In this document: piece after piece, positions 11,001-23,751 of the stretch
Numbering within the stretch: the first letter of the stretch is position 1
Layout of the letters: each line of letters starts with the position of its first letter
Origin: Vairimorpha necatrix
Lineage: Eukaryota
Reading direction: 5' to 3'
NCBI GenBank assembly: GCA_036630325.1
Contig: CP142729.1
Coordinates: 1,302,001 to 1,360,009, forward strand
Length of the DNA stretch: 58,009 nt
Made by a program: the position numbers and the translations under genes
The notes under the pieces: generated by a model
The model's input: only the letters and a program-made list of their open reading frames with translations
Told to the model about the DNA's origin: nothing
Database searches by the model: none

Positions 11001-12324
11001 AAATGATTTTATAAAAAGTATTTAGAAAATCAAAAAAAAATAAACGTAGAAAATTTATGAAAATTATGTATAACTTTAGTATTCAAACCTTTATGTTATA
11101 CAAATTATTCTTCAAAGTCTTAAAATAATTAAAGTACAATAAAAATAATAGTAAATAATATTATAAAATTTCACTATAATAAAAAAAAAAGGTTAGTTAA
11201 TTTATGGTTAAGTACTTTATAAGAGAAATTTGGTTTTCCACATAGGGAGTGATTTAAATATTATGATAAATATTTGTATAAAACAACACTTTGAGTCAAG
11301 CTAAACTATTTAAAACTAAAAATTTTTATAATAATATAGTGGAATATCAATAAATATGTATTATGTAATTGAATAAATAAAAAAATAACGAACCTATTTA
11401 TATAAAAGTTCTGTAACACAAATTAAATTTTCCTTATTTTACAAATGTCCCATCACACTATCATAAATAAACTAAAATATTAATAAAATAAATAAAATAT
11501 TTGCTCAATAATTAGATGGTTTTACTGAAAAGATAATTGAAACGATTTACAAATATTATATAAGTTTTTAATAAACGATTAACTTTTTTTTAAAACAAGA
11601 CACAGAATAGTTCTAATTAAAATTAAAAAAAAAAAAAATTTTATTAAGTAATATTAATAAAGAAATATTTTAAAATCGAAATTTTGTTATGTATAAAACG
11701 TTAGAACTAAAAGATAAAATAAATATTTAATGATGAGATATTTTATATCAATAACTAAAATAGAATTAATTCAACAAATAAAGCTGCTTTTGTACAATGT
11801 ATTAAATTGATTTTCTACACTAAATGAAAGGTTTCGTATAAAATTCTTAGATTTTATAAAATTCCATGCTTAATAGATATGAATATTAAGATACATCGAC
11901 AATAATGCGAACTAATTGTAAATTTATAACTCACATGCTTCAATACCATAATTTTTATAGTTTAGTTCATTGACAGATCGATAAATTCAATTATATTTCA
12001 GTTATACACTAAACAAGATAAATAAATTTTTTTTATTAGAATGAGATGTCTCGCAGATTCATATTTGCAATTCTTGCTTTAAATTCATTCGTTTATCGAA
12101 TCGGACGAGAATAATAAATAGAAGACTAAATATATTCTAATCATAACCCTTAAATAGTGTATTTATGATTACAAATAATTTACAGAAATATCACATAAAC
12201 ACACAACTTTTCGGTATTATTACTAATTGTCTATAAATTATAGCCTTCTTATGCATTATATTGCTCTAAAAAATATATTTCAAACTTAAATTAAAATCAC
12301 AAAAATGTTATTATAGATTATATT

Positions 12325-13073
12325 TGTTAAAGAAAATTGTAAGTTAAGGGTTAAATTTATTAAATCTATTATCTCAACATCCCCGCGCTAAATTCAGAAT
12401 TGGGCGATGAAATTATCTTTACTACTTCCTACGCCTACTACTGGGCTCTCAAAATAAAAGTGCATTTTTATGTTAACTGACCATGGGCTGCGCTTTACTC
12501 TACCGCGTCTTACTATCCCTGTTAGCCTGGTCTTCGCGATACTTTCTTTCCCTGTTATAACACATAAAGTCTATGGGCATGTGATTTTTCTTTACACATG
12601 TCTTCCAAACAATGAAATCGAATTTTTTCCGTCTATCTCATTCTTCGACTATAACACAGTTTCTTTTTGATTTTCTTCTCTTTTTAAATCTCTCTGGATT
12701 TTTGAACACTATTAGTTCAACTATCTTGCCACGATAGCTTTAATGTGAATAGTGGGATTACCACTACACTCAATCTCGACAACTCTTATGCCAGATCTTA
12801 TTACAGTCAATACTATTTCGCCATAGCTCTTTATAGCTACTTTACGTCTTCACCTATCCGGGTCCCTCGACTGATGCAAGCCATCACCTTCTCTTCTGTA
12901 AGACAACCAAACATCCCCTTTCTAACCTAGACTGCATTTTTTTACGTCTCATGCTTCGACGGAACTTACGTTCTCTTCTTTTGTTTTTGTTTGGGTTCAA
13001 TAATTTTATTATCCACCATGTTAAAGACAATTGTAAGTTAAGGGTTAAATTTATTAAATCTATATTCTCAACA
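12325..13073 (-). mobile_element. Miniature LTR retroelement (TRIM-like, 749 bp) with 55-bp LTRs
   Basis: Direct repeats 12325-12379 and 13019-13073 (TGTT...AACA) and a perfect TSD ATATT. On the minus strand a PBS TGGTGGATA follows the 5' LTR and a purine-rich GCGCGGGGA precedes the 3' LTR. Confidence 0.85.
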
Positions 13074-13094
13074 ATATTAAATTTATTTGAATTT

Positions 13095-13581
13095 TGTTGT
13101 ATTATTTAAAAATTTATATTTTCACCCCTTAATTTTATCATAATAAAGATCTTAAAAATAAAAAATTTAATTAGCGAAATTATAAAAAATCAAAATATAA
13201 ATCAAATTATATTTGTTATATTTGTATAATTTCTATCCCCCATTATGATAAATAAAGACATTAATTATAAATTAATCTTACTAAACCAGAGGAGCTACCT
13301 CTTTATAAATAGAGTTCTATAAAATTAATAGCTTTATTATTATATTTTCTATTGTAGCGCTGGCCATCTCATGTAGGAGCCTGATCCCTGGCTTTATCGC
13401 CCTTCCTTGGTCGTTGGTTCCAAGGGCATTGATCGTTCTTTTGTTTCATGATCCGGTGAAGATCAGGACAAAAAGAAATAAATATTTGATTTTTGGGATA
13501 AACCGGTCGAATGGTCTTTTTCCAAAAAATTGAAATTAATAAAATTATAAATAATTAATTTGTGGTATTTGTAATACCAAA
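13095..13581 (-). mobile_element. Divergent, longer solo LTR related to the TGTGGTAT family
   Basis: The minus strand begins T(T)TGGTATTACAAATACCACA (the family's terminal hairpin) and ends TAATACAACA. The internal ATG frame reads ...RKGDKARDQ...NFIELYL*RGSSSG, resembling ...KREDKAQGG...SIIECYLRNGQLPG. The TSD match is only partial. Confidence 0.5.
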
Positions 13582-13901
13582 AAACTCAATAAATTAATTT
13601 TTTTTGATCGATTATATCCATAGAAAGAACACAAAAAAGAATCTTCTATAAATAATATTATATACTAAAACTTGAGTAAAATTTGACAGTAAATAACATT
13701 AAATAGTTCAAAACATTTAAATTTGATCTTTACTTACTTTTTTCGAAAAGAAATGAAAAATATCGCCTTTTCATCTATTTTTTCAAAAAAGTAATTTATG
13801 ATTTTTTAAAAACACTTTATTCACCCCGAATTTAAACAAAAAAGGTTTTAATATCTTCTTAATTGTTAAATTTAAACTTTTTCAAAATTTTTATTAGCAG
13901 A

Positions 13902-14790
13902 CTAAAGTTCTTGGAGCAAAATAATGATATTTTGTGTTACTTCTAAAAATTCATGTCTTTTTTTGAATACGTATGTCAGATTTATTGACATATCATATAA
14001 TAATTGATTTATAATACAATGATTAGACGAAAAAATGATGTATCGCTTAATAATCAATTCATACAAATTGATAAATCTTTTACACAAATTGAAATAATCA
14101 AATGGATAAGGAAACCTTTCTAAAGATAGCCTATGATATAAAATCATTGTATCAGTATTATAATTATATTTTAAATATGTAGGCTTGAGTTTTGCAAAGT
14201 AAGAAATCGTACGAGAAATTATATCTATATTTTCTATTATCAGGGATTTGGAAATTGTATCTATAGAAGAACTTTCCACTTCGTTTTTAATAGTGGGCAA
14301 AAACACATCATTTAATCTTTTAAAATTATGACTGAACTTATTAATTATTATACAACACTTTTTATATTTTTTCCAAATATCTTTTGGAAATACTTTAACC
14401 TCATTTTTTGAAACCTGATGATGTTCATTTATCCATATTCGAAATAAATTATCAAAAGTTACAGATCTGAGATAACAAGTCAATAATTTTTCTTTTTTTT
14501 AATAGTTTTTGTATTGAGATAATTTGTTTCCATAAGATTGACAAAACCAAGAAGTTCTTGTAAATAATTTGGTTCGTGCTTTTAATTTTAGCCTCTGGCT
14601 GAGTCGGTTTCTCTCTTTGTGAAGGTAATGCTTGTTCTTTTAAACTTTTCGCTGTGATTGATATATCATCTATATTTACACAACTGATTTTTACATTTGA
14701 ATTACAATTGGGCTTTTGTTCGTATAATGGCTCAAAATTTTTATCTTGGTCGTGTTTTGAGCAAAATATTAATAAAATATATTGAAACAT
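13902..14790 (-). pseudogene. Orphan gene (~295 aa, hydrophobic N-terminus) split by a frameshift in an A-homopolymer
   Basis: CCC shortly before ATG 14790 (MFQYILLIFC). The ORFs 14452-14790 and 13902-14483 overlap and join across the T-run at ~14493-14500. This could be a sequencing homopolymer error in an intact gene. Confidence 0.6.
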
Positions 14791-15529
14791 ATATGGGTCG
14801 AAAAAAAAAAATTTTATATAAGAAAAAAAAACACAAAGTTTTATGAAATAGTATAAAGAGATAAAATGCTATCTCGTTGTCAAAAGTTCATAAATCTTTT
14901 TTAACAAAACCTTAATTTTAATAACGAGATGAAAACAACATACAATCAAAATCATTCTAGACAAATACACAACGTCATTTAATAACAAAACCTATCTTTC
15001 CTATTACAATTATTTGTAATCTCAGCTTACAGCTTTCTACTTTATACCTACTATTATTTACACATAAAATTTATCATAGCTTTTAGAAAATCCAAAATTC
15101 AGAACTGATTAAAAAAATCCTTCTCAAATATCAAAGTTTTAATACAACATCTATTTTTTCATATTAATATTTTATATATAAATTTATTTTTCTTTATTTC
15201 ATTAATACACTTATTTGATCAAATCTTTTTTATTATAAATTTTATGTATAAATAAGAGAAAACCTTTTATATGTACACAAAAAATTATTTTATTACTAAG
15301 CTAACATGTTGTATTAACAATACGTAAGAACTATATTTTTTTAATGCATAAATTGAAAAAAAAACTGAAACGGATTATTTTTTTTTTAGTGTTCACAAAA
15401 TTGTCGCCGTTTAAATGGTATATATGTTATAACAATACAAAAAAGAGATTTTACTTCTTCATAATCTATGAAAAACAATACTTTAAAAAAATGTTGCAGT
15501 TTAGAAATTCAATTTTTTTCACAAATTAT

Positions 15530-18500
15530 GGGCGATACAAAAGGTTAAATTTCTTAGTGATGAATATGGCCAATTTGGCAAAAAGCATTAGAAGGAATGT
15601 TAAATTCAATTTTTGCATTGAATTTAGATATGACTAAAAAAACTGCAAGAAAGAATTTACTGTGAGATTTAGCAGGGCTTGGAAAAAATTTAAGGCCTAG
15701 GACATAAAAAAGAAAAAATAGTTGAAGCATAAAAAACTCATATTTTAAAAGTCAAAGAGACGAAAAAATGTAAAAAAGCTAAGAACCTATAAGGTTGTCT
15801 AAAAACAAATACTAAAGTCAAGGGGGGGGGGGGCAAATTCTAGATAATTTAAAAAAAGAGTGTCAATAAAGAGGTGTTTCCACAAAGATATGAACTCGTG
15901 GCTAAAACTTGTTATTTTTGAAGGGCTAAGATAGTATAAAATGAAAGCGAATCCAATAATTCTTTTTATAAAATTAAGGAAGCAATATAAACCATCATTG
16001 CAAGAGGATAAAGGAATACAGGCAATGTTTATTTAAAATTAGCTGCGACAAAACAACCATGAAAATATAAGGGGCGGTAAAAGCATGAATCGTTACTTAG
16101 ATTCTTATATTGAAATTTTAGAGAGCATTTTGTTGTAGATAATAAAAAAATAATCTGTTTTAAGCAAGAGAAATGTAAAAATTGCACTATGATGAACCTA
16201 AGAAGGAACTTTGGAGGAACTATGGTATTATTAAAAGCAGATTAAATTACGAATTTAATTAAGGATTATGTGATACATATAGAAAATCTAAGGAAAAGAT
16301 ATTTATGAAAGAACCATCATAAGGAGACGATGGTTGTGTCACCTAGAACGCCTAAGGAAGTATGAAATTGTAAGTAAAATATTTGCCCATATTAAATAAC
16401 AAAATCAAACATACGAGATCTAGTTCGAGCAACCGGGGCGAACGCATTATATCGACATTAAACATAATTTTTTTTTACTGTTGGTATTATTTAAGTGCAA
16501 TATAAGTATAAGCCCGAGTTTGAGTTAAATTGACAAGAGTACGATGGAATTTGGGGGACGTAAGTTGTAAAAACTCGCCAAATATATTGCAGAAAATAAT
16601 GGAGTTATATTTAAAGAGAATAAAAAACATTGAAAATTTAGCCTGAAGGCTTTTTTTGTATAGAAGTAATATTAACCGCCACATTGTTATTTTAGAAAAG
16701 TTCTACAAAATTTATTAAGATCAATATAAAAATTTTCCTCAAATAAATACAGTTTCGAAGAAAACGGTACAATAAATATATTTAATTTTTAAAAGAATTA
16801 ATTTTACGCTTATTATGATTTATAATTGGGGCTTTATAATATTTACACCGGGATTGTTTCTAATGAATGAAGTTTTTAAGACCAACTTAATATTCCAAAG
16901 ACATAGACTTAATAAAAGAGTACGCAGCGGAGTGTATGACTGATATTCCATTGAAGACGAAAAGATTTTACATGGAAAAAAGAAATGAACATAGATTTTC
17001 TAATTATGACGAAATATAAGTGATTTCGGATAATTTCGATTGTGTAGTATGATAAAGAATTATTACCAAGAGCCGATGTTTGCAACATAAAAAGACATGG
17101 TTATTACAAAAGAATGAAAAAGGTTAAGAAAATACAGTAATGCTCTAAAAACTTTGCACCAAAAGATGCGAAAAGGTATTTTATTACAGAATAACGCAGT
17201 ATTTGTCATTAAGATATTTAAATATATGAACCTAGAAAAGATTTAGTACAGCAATAATTCAAAATCCACAGTAGAGATTAGCAATAAGATGGATTTTTAC
17301 TATGCGCGAGAAAATAGACATGAGGATAAAATCCATAATTTGAATTTATGTTCAAACGTAGGCAACAGGAGCAGATTTTTTACGTGTAATTGTCTATGTG
17401 CAATTTATACGGCGGAGGTAGCAGTATAAAAGATGATGATAACGCTGAAAAGAGAAACAAATCAGAAAATAATGGTTGGGCATTTTGCAATGTGGAAAAT
17501 TCGAGATGTCATTAGCTAAAATTACAAGAAATTTTGATTGAGTTGTATGAATTTATGTCCTAGATGTAGAACATGGTTTGTTACGAGGATATTGAAAGAT
17601 ACTAATAGCCGAAAATTACGGACCAAAAATTTGAGACATTTTCAAAATGTGAGATTTGCTAAAAGTACATAATAAAGACGAGTATATAAGTGCATTTATG
17701 AGTACCACAAGATATTTAGAAAAGATTCGTAGAAATAGAATTTAGTGTAGAGAGAAAGAAAGTAATAAATATTGTCGTGTATTATTTTTAAGAGTGTTGA
17801 AGGTGCATTAGATCAAAAGCAAGCTGTCAAGATTGTTAGATTTCTATAAGAATTGCGTATGCAGGAAACAAACCAGTGGGGATTGTAACTGATAATGAAT
17901 TAAATTTCTATAATGTTGATGTGATGGAACAACTCGGGCAACTAAAAATTGATAAAAAATAGTTGTAGAGCCTCGGTAGAGAATCAAAGGATTGAAAGAA
18001 TCATAAAAACGATAAAAGATGATATTTTGAAAGTTCGAAGAAATGTTAGTGGGCAGGGTTTATGAAGCCATTGGGAAATGTGGCTATAATCACCATGTAG
18101 AAATATAATGTACTCCAAAAAGCATTGTGTGCGATAAAATGAGCATTAAAATGGTCGAGAATACCTTAGAAGAAAGTTATGCAAGGTGTTTGATAAAAAA
18201 ATTAATAGAATTTTGTTAATAATTGATACAAGACTGCGGACGAAAAAATCATGAAGGATTTGTAAATATGATCGAGCGAAGGTTAAGACGCAGGAGTTAT
18301 AGTAAAGTGTGTCAAAAAGATATTTATATAATTGAGTTAGATAATGAAAGATACGTGAATAAAAGACACTTTGATCTGAGGAGGTTGAGTATAGAAGTGT
18401 AGTTGAGAATTTAATAACAATACTTTAAAACTATGATGTTAAATTTTATTTTTTGTCAACCCCAATTATGTAAACCAAAATATTTAAATTTAATAATTTG

Positions 18501-18550
18501 ATCTCCTAAATTATATATTTTGAATTTTATGACTTAATCTTTATACAACA
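15530..18550 (+). mobile_element. Heavily decayed Ty3/Gypsy retrotransposon
   Basis: Remnants appear in pol order: protease-like LDS (~16098), RT-like region (~16850-16950), integrase CPRC (17556), VTDN (17885), IERIIKTIKD (~17990) and C-terminal KRHFDL (18361), matching KRHYDL of the 51.9-55.0 kb element. Possible 3' LTR at 18437-18550. Boundaries are approximate. Confidence 0.65.
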
Positions 18551-18918
18551 TTTTTATTAATTAAATCAAGTTTAAATTTTTAATATAAATCCAATTGAAT
18601 ATATACGGCAGGTATTTTTTAACGGTTTATTATAAAAAAAGATCTTTTTTCATAAATCCCTTCATAAAAAACATACGGCTTAAAAATTAACCCGCAGAAA
18701 ATGCATAATAATTTAAATGTAATAGCAACATAAATAATGAATTTCGCTAGATAAATATACATATAAGTAATTTAACCTTTGTAAGTTTGAGTGAGTTGCC
18801 TCCCTGGGCGCGCGGCTCGTATAGATAATTTATATTCTTATGATTTTTTTTGCTCTTGTATTTTTCAGCCCTCGGCGAAAAGCTAGAGTTCATCCTTTTT
18901 AGTTTTATTTTTAATAAA

Positions 18919-19123
18919 TGTCAAACCTTTAATTCATTAAAAAGAACCCCAGTTGACTGTACAGCTTTCCACATTATGACATTATTCACTAGAATAGACA
19001 TTTTATTGTTTGCCATTTGTTTGTTTACGTCGATTGCCGGACGTAATTAAGACGTGACGCCCAAGGGGTAAACTCTTAGAGTCCTACTGGATCGAACTAT
19101 GTAGAGAAGAATGTCGTGTGACA
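18919..19123. mobile_element. Solo LTR of a different family (205 bp)
   Basis: Termini TGTCAAAC...GTGTGACA, perfect 5-bp TSD ATAAA, and internal GC-rich hairpins (TTACGTC/GACGTAA). Confidence 0.6.
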
Positions 19124-22100
19124 ATAAATACTTAGTAATTTTTGTCTCCTGCTTTTTGCACTTTATTTTGGGTAAAAAATAAAGCGAAAATTAACTGAAG
19201 GGGGATGGGTTGTTTCCGATTTTCTCCAAAAAATTTACCGTTAAGGTATTCTATTTTACATTCGGTTAATGACATGTATCCGTGGAAGTGGACATTTTTG
19301 TACCGCTCTTCTAAATGCTTATTTATATTAATATTTTTATTGATGGTCTCTCTTTTTCTCTTAAACCAAACCCCTTCAAAGACAAACTTTGTTTATATTA
19401 TATTTTTATTTATTATTTGTTGTCAACACTAAACTACAAACATTGACATATTTACAAAAAAAAAATACAATTATACAACTTCCATATGTTTAGTTGGGTG
19501 GCCTTTTTGATAGGCGCTGAGATGCTTAACATGTCTCTGGGCATTTGTGGCAGATGATGTTTATGTTATCTGCACATGTGATGTAGTAATGTAAATCACA
19601 GTTGGTTTTTTAGTTACCATATAGTTGTTTTTTATTTTTTTTTCTGCTCATATTACGTTTTAAATAAAGAAAAATAAATTTTAGCAATTATATGGCTTTA
19701 GAAATTATAAAGTGAATTTAATACTTAAACAAATAATAAACTATTCTAACTTTAGGCTAATAGTATTTTTCGTATAATATTCATTTTATTAAATTCGTGC
19801 AAAAAAAATAAATTTTAAAATATTGTTTATAATTAAAAATTAAATTTTTTTGCTTTTTAACATTGAAGATATTGACATAAATTTTGTCAAATTTTTGATA
19901 TTTTCAATAAAATTTTAATAATAATGATTATATGAAACATTATTTTTCAATATAATGTGATCTTTAGAGAAATAGAGTCATAATGTAAGCATAGAACAAT
20001 TCTGAATTTACAGCTAATGTTAGATGAGACCTTTAAAATAAAGATACCGTCGCACCCCGACAAGTATTAAGTTTTTTTAACAATTAACAGTTTTGGTTCA
20101 GACAATAAAGAAACTTTAATTATGAAGCAAATAAAAAAAATTGGAGGCATAGTCTTGTATAAAAAAGTAAAAAAAATCAAGGTAAATAGGAGTTGAAGTT
20201 GTTTTATCATGTAAAATGTACGAAGAGCCAGAACGTTTATAATGTGCAATAAATATTTGTTTATTACAACTGAAAACTTAAATAGTGCCTACTTGCGAAC
20301 TGTATATAAATATATCAAGTTAAAATTGCTCTACGTTATAACCAAAATTAGAATTCAAAAACAATATCTCGACTTATAACGATCTTATTATAAGATGAAA
20401 CTATTATTATCAAAACGTTATGTTTAACATAACATATTTAATATTGAAGAAGCAGTATTTTTGTCGTGGTTTGAATTGTTATCAGCATTTTTTGGTAGCT
20501 AAATTTATAGTGTATTGAAGCTTTAATTTTAAGAAATGAAATAAAGTGAAAGCTCAAAACGGCGAAATCAAGAAACTAAGCTTTTATAAAATAAAGGCAT
20601 AATTATATGGTGCAAATTCAAATTCGCACGCCCAAGGAATGATTCATTATGGCACAATGTAGATATTTTTTTTCAAAATGTTTGTAAATTTAATTTTCTT
20701 TAATTCGCTTACGCAACTTTTGATTTTTAGTTTTAGTAAAAATCAATGATTGAATTACGAACAAATAAAAATTTTTATGGCAGAAATTTAACCGTATATT
20801 GTTTCTATTAATCCCTACTTTGTGTAATATTATTCTTTGGATAATATTAATACATCTACAATGATCTATTTTTCAAAAATTTGATTTACGAATAAAGGCG
20901 GCGCTACAGTCCGATATGGACTTTCCAATTTATTAACGAGTTATACAAGTGCAGATTTCTACATGAAGAAATGTTTTTTTGCAAACCACACATCATAAAG
21001 TTGAAGTTTTACCGCTTTGTTTTAGTTTAATTCGGAATAAAGATTCTTGTGCAATAAACATTTTTGCTTTTTACATGATTCTTTTAAATAAAATTTTACT
21101 CTTATATAGATCCTGGGGACTCTTGACAAAAGGTCAAGAAGATTTCAAGAGACACATTGGCTGTTATGTTAAAACATTAGATGAAATATACTAAAAAAAA
21201 AAAGTTATTACGAATTATTTGTGATAGTGGCATTTACACCGGACTTTTCGCACATTGACTGCTACGGGTTTAAATGTACTAGAAACAAAGAAGATTCTAA
21301 TTCAACAGGAATTTAGGTGAACTTGTTTTCTACTCCTATATACTTATAAAAATCTTTTGTTAATTTTATAAACATTTCCTGAAATACAGTCTACTAAAAA
21401 AACAATAATATCCATTTGTCAGCTTCCATTGTCATAAGGGACTAAAAATAAATTAAACCCCATTTAGCAATGAAAATTTCAATTATCAAAAAAAGGAGGG
21501 ATAGAAGAAGTGACATAGACCGATGAAACGGCAATGTATAGTGGGAATTTTAAATTATTATTAAAAGTATATGAAACAATTGTTAATTGTACTTGGTTAG
21601 TTAAAAAAAAATGTTCGAATATTGGAACTAAGGATCGAAATAGGACCAACTAGACATAACTTACGATGATACATTACTTAAATATAAAACATAAATATCG
21701 CAACAATTTTCATATTGATAATAATAAATCTTATCTAAAGTTGTAGAATTAATGAACGTTAACATTATGTTGTTATTTGTGATAAGGGCTCTAGAAAAAA
21801 AGAAGTAGAGGTTAGCAATCTAGTAGAATAAGTCTAAAAACATCTTAGTTGGTTGTAATATTTTAAATGGATAATAAAAAGTGTGCAAACATGGAATTTT
21901 TTAGAAGAATATAAATGACGAAGAAGATGTGCAATTTCCAGAAATATTATTTTTATCAGAAAAATCTACGCCTAAACAATTTAATAATTGTAAACCAAAC
22001 CGATTTTTTGTTTTTTTATTTCTCTCTTATAGGGGACCCCTGAAGAAAAAAAGTCCGACCTTGAACTTTTTCCTACCCTTAATTTCCAGCAACCAATCAG

Positions 22101-22329
22101 ACCATATCCTACTAGCAATTATGATTTATTATTTATATTAATTTATCCACAGCAATAAAATACTAATGTATTATGAAGACAATAACTACAAGAGGAAATT
22201 TATGATTTAAATAAATGATTAAAGTTCTATCCTTTTTTTGCAATACAAGTGGCTTTTTAAACAATGATTACATATAAATAATACATTTTTATAAGAATAT
22301 TTCTATATATTATGTATAATATAAACTTA

Positions 22330-23270
22330 AGGAAAACGTAACAGCTAAAATATTAATAGAGGCTCAAACCGAATCTCTTTATAGCGATATAAAAATTAAA
22401 ACAAATCATTCAAAGCTATTTAGACCAAGAGACGATCCACTTATTTATAAACAGACTGCCACGTGGCTCACAAAACAAAATATAAGCCCGAGAGAGGAAG
22501 GCAATTTATGTGCACTACAAGACCGAAATATTTTCTTAGAGAAACAGACAAAATGCCCACACTGCCATGAATATTCAAAGACAGTAGATCATGTGGCCAC
22601 CAAATGTGATCGTATGCTTTCACATGATTACATGAGACGGCACAATGAGGCACTGCGATGCATCCACCTGCAGTTGTATAAGACGTATGGTCTATCCCAT
22701 GCCAAAAGAATTAGAAATCATTCAGTCCAGGAATGTGCAGCTAATGAGTATGTTGAGATACGAGTCGACAGTAGGATTTATTCAAGTATTAAAATAAAGT
22801 ATAACAAGCCTATTATACTAATTGCAGACAAGTTGAGGAAAGAAGTGATCGTTGTAGAAGTTTGAATCACAAGTTAACAACCTCCATGCAGTAGAAACAG
22901 AAAAGAAACATAAATACGACTTGCTCGCAAATCATGTGGCTTCTCTCTACAAATACAAGCCGAAAATTATGCCTTATGTGATGACATGGGATGGAATAGT
23001 AACTAATTTTCATCGTACGCATATCAAAGTGCTCAGATTAGAACCCAGAACGGAAGCATATATACAGTCAAGAGTCCTTAAAATGACTTTAGAAAGCCTA
23101 ACTATGTCAGCCAGACACGGGCTTGATACAGATCAGGAAGGGGTCTTAGAGGGGCCAATGAGTGAATCTCAGAAGGAAGTCCTGGAACTGCCAGATGAGA
23201 CTGTAAGCGTATCTTGTGAAAATTAATTAATAAGCCGAATATTATACCCAAAAAATTATATATAATCTAT
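22330..23270 (+). mobile_element. 3' portion of a restriction-like-endonuclease (RLE) non-LTR retrotransposon (R4/NeSL-like)
   Basis: CCHC knuckle CPHC...TVDHVATKC, then RRHNEA, NKP(I)I.I.DK...VIVVEV, EKKHKYDLLA and PYVMTWDG: the canonical C-terminal RLE layout. Stops and frameshifts are present. Confidence 0.85.
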
Positions 23271-23373
23271 AAGTTAAAAAAATGTCTTTTGTAAGTACAA
23301 ATATGTAAAAATAAAATTTATTTACAAATTTAATCAGCAACGGCTTATATTATTCTATTAAACATCATATATA

Positions 23374-23518
23374 TAAAAAAAAACTAAAAAACTTTAATTT
23401 TTATTAAAGAAAAGCCACCCAGCAAATAAAAACTTCAACAGCCTTAAAAAAAAAAAAACTAAAAAAATTTTATTGTTATTAAAGAAAAGCCACCCAGCAA
23501 ATAAAAACTTCAACAGCC
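23374..23518 (-). repeat. Tandem duplication (~70 bp) of the LINE 3' terminus
   Basis: Two copies of An-CTAAAAAA...TTATTAAAGAAAAGCCACCCAGCAAATAAAAACTTCAACAGCC (23374-23443 and 23446-23518). Confidence 0.85.
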
Positions 23519-23751
23519 AATAACTTGTGATACACACCAGCATACCATAAAGGCCTTGCTTGTAGGAGAAAAAATATCCCTTAGGATTAGAACCACAAAC
23601 ATTCCTGTCTGTGACCTGCGTTCAGCAGGGTTCTAAGAGAATAACACGTCTGACCTACTCGTCAGTTAAAAACCTAACTAGTTCAACGTAAATGCTACGG
23701 CACCAGCAGCTTGCCATACCTCCCCCAGGTAAAAGTGTGTTTTTTTTTCTT

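Noticed and set aside
23645-23666. Hammerhead core CTGACGA on the minus strand
   Set aside because: No downstream GAAA; CTGAC simply pairs with GTCAG.
23640-23690. Telomerase RNA template (ACCTAAC, ACCTAC) on the plus strand
   Set aside because: It lies in a LINE 3' UTR whose G-U pairs favour folding of the minus strand, and a 7-nt match is expected by chance.
23718-23740. U1 snRNA-like 5' end (ACTTTTACCTGG, minus strand)
   Set aside because: Extra Ts break the ACTTACCTG match, no U1 stem-loop I/II motifs follow, and the sequence sits directly after the LINE ORF2 stop.
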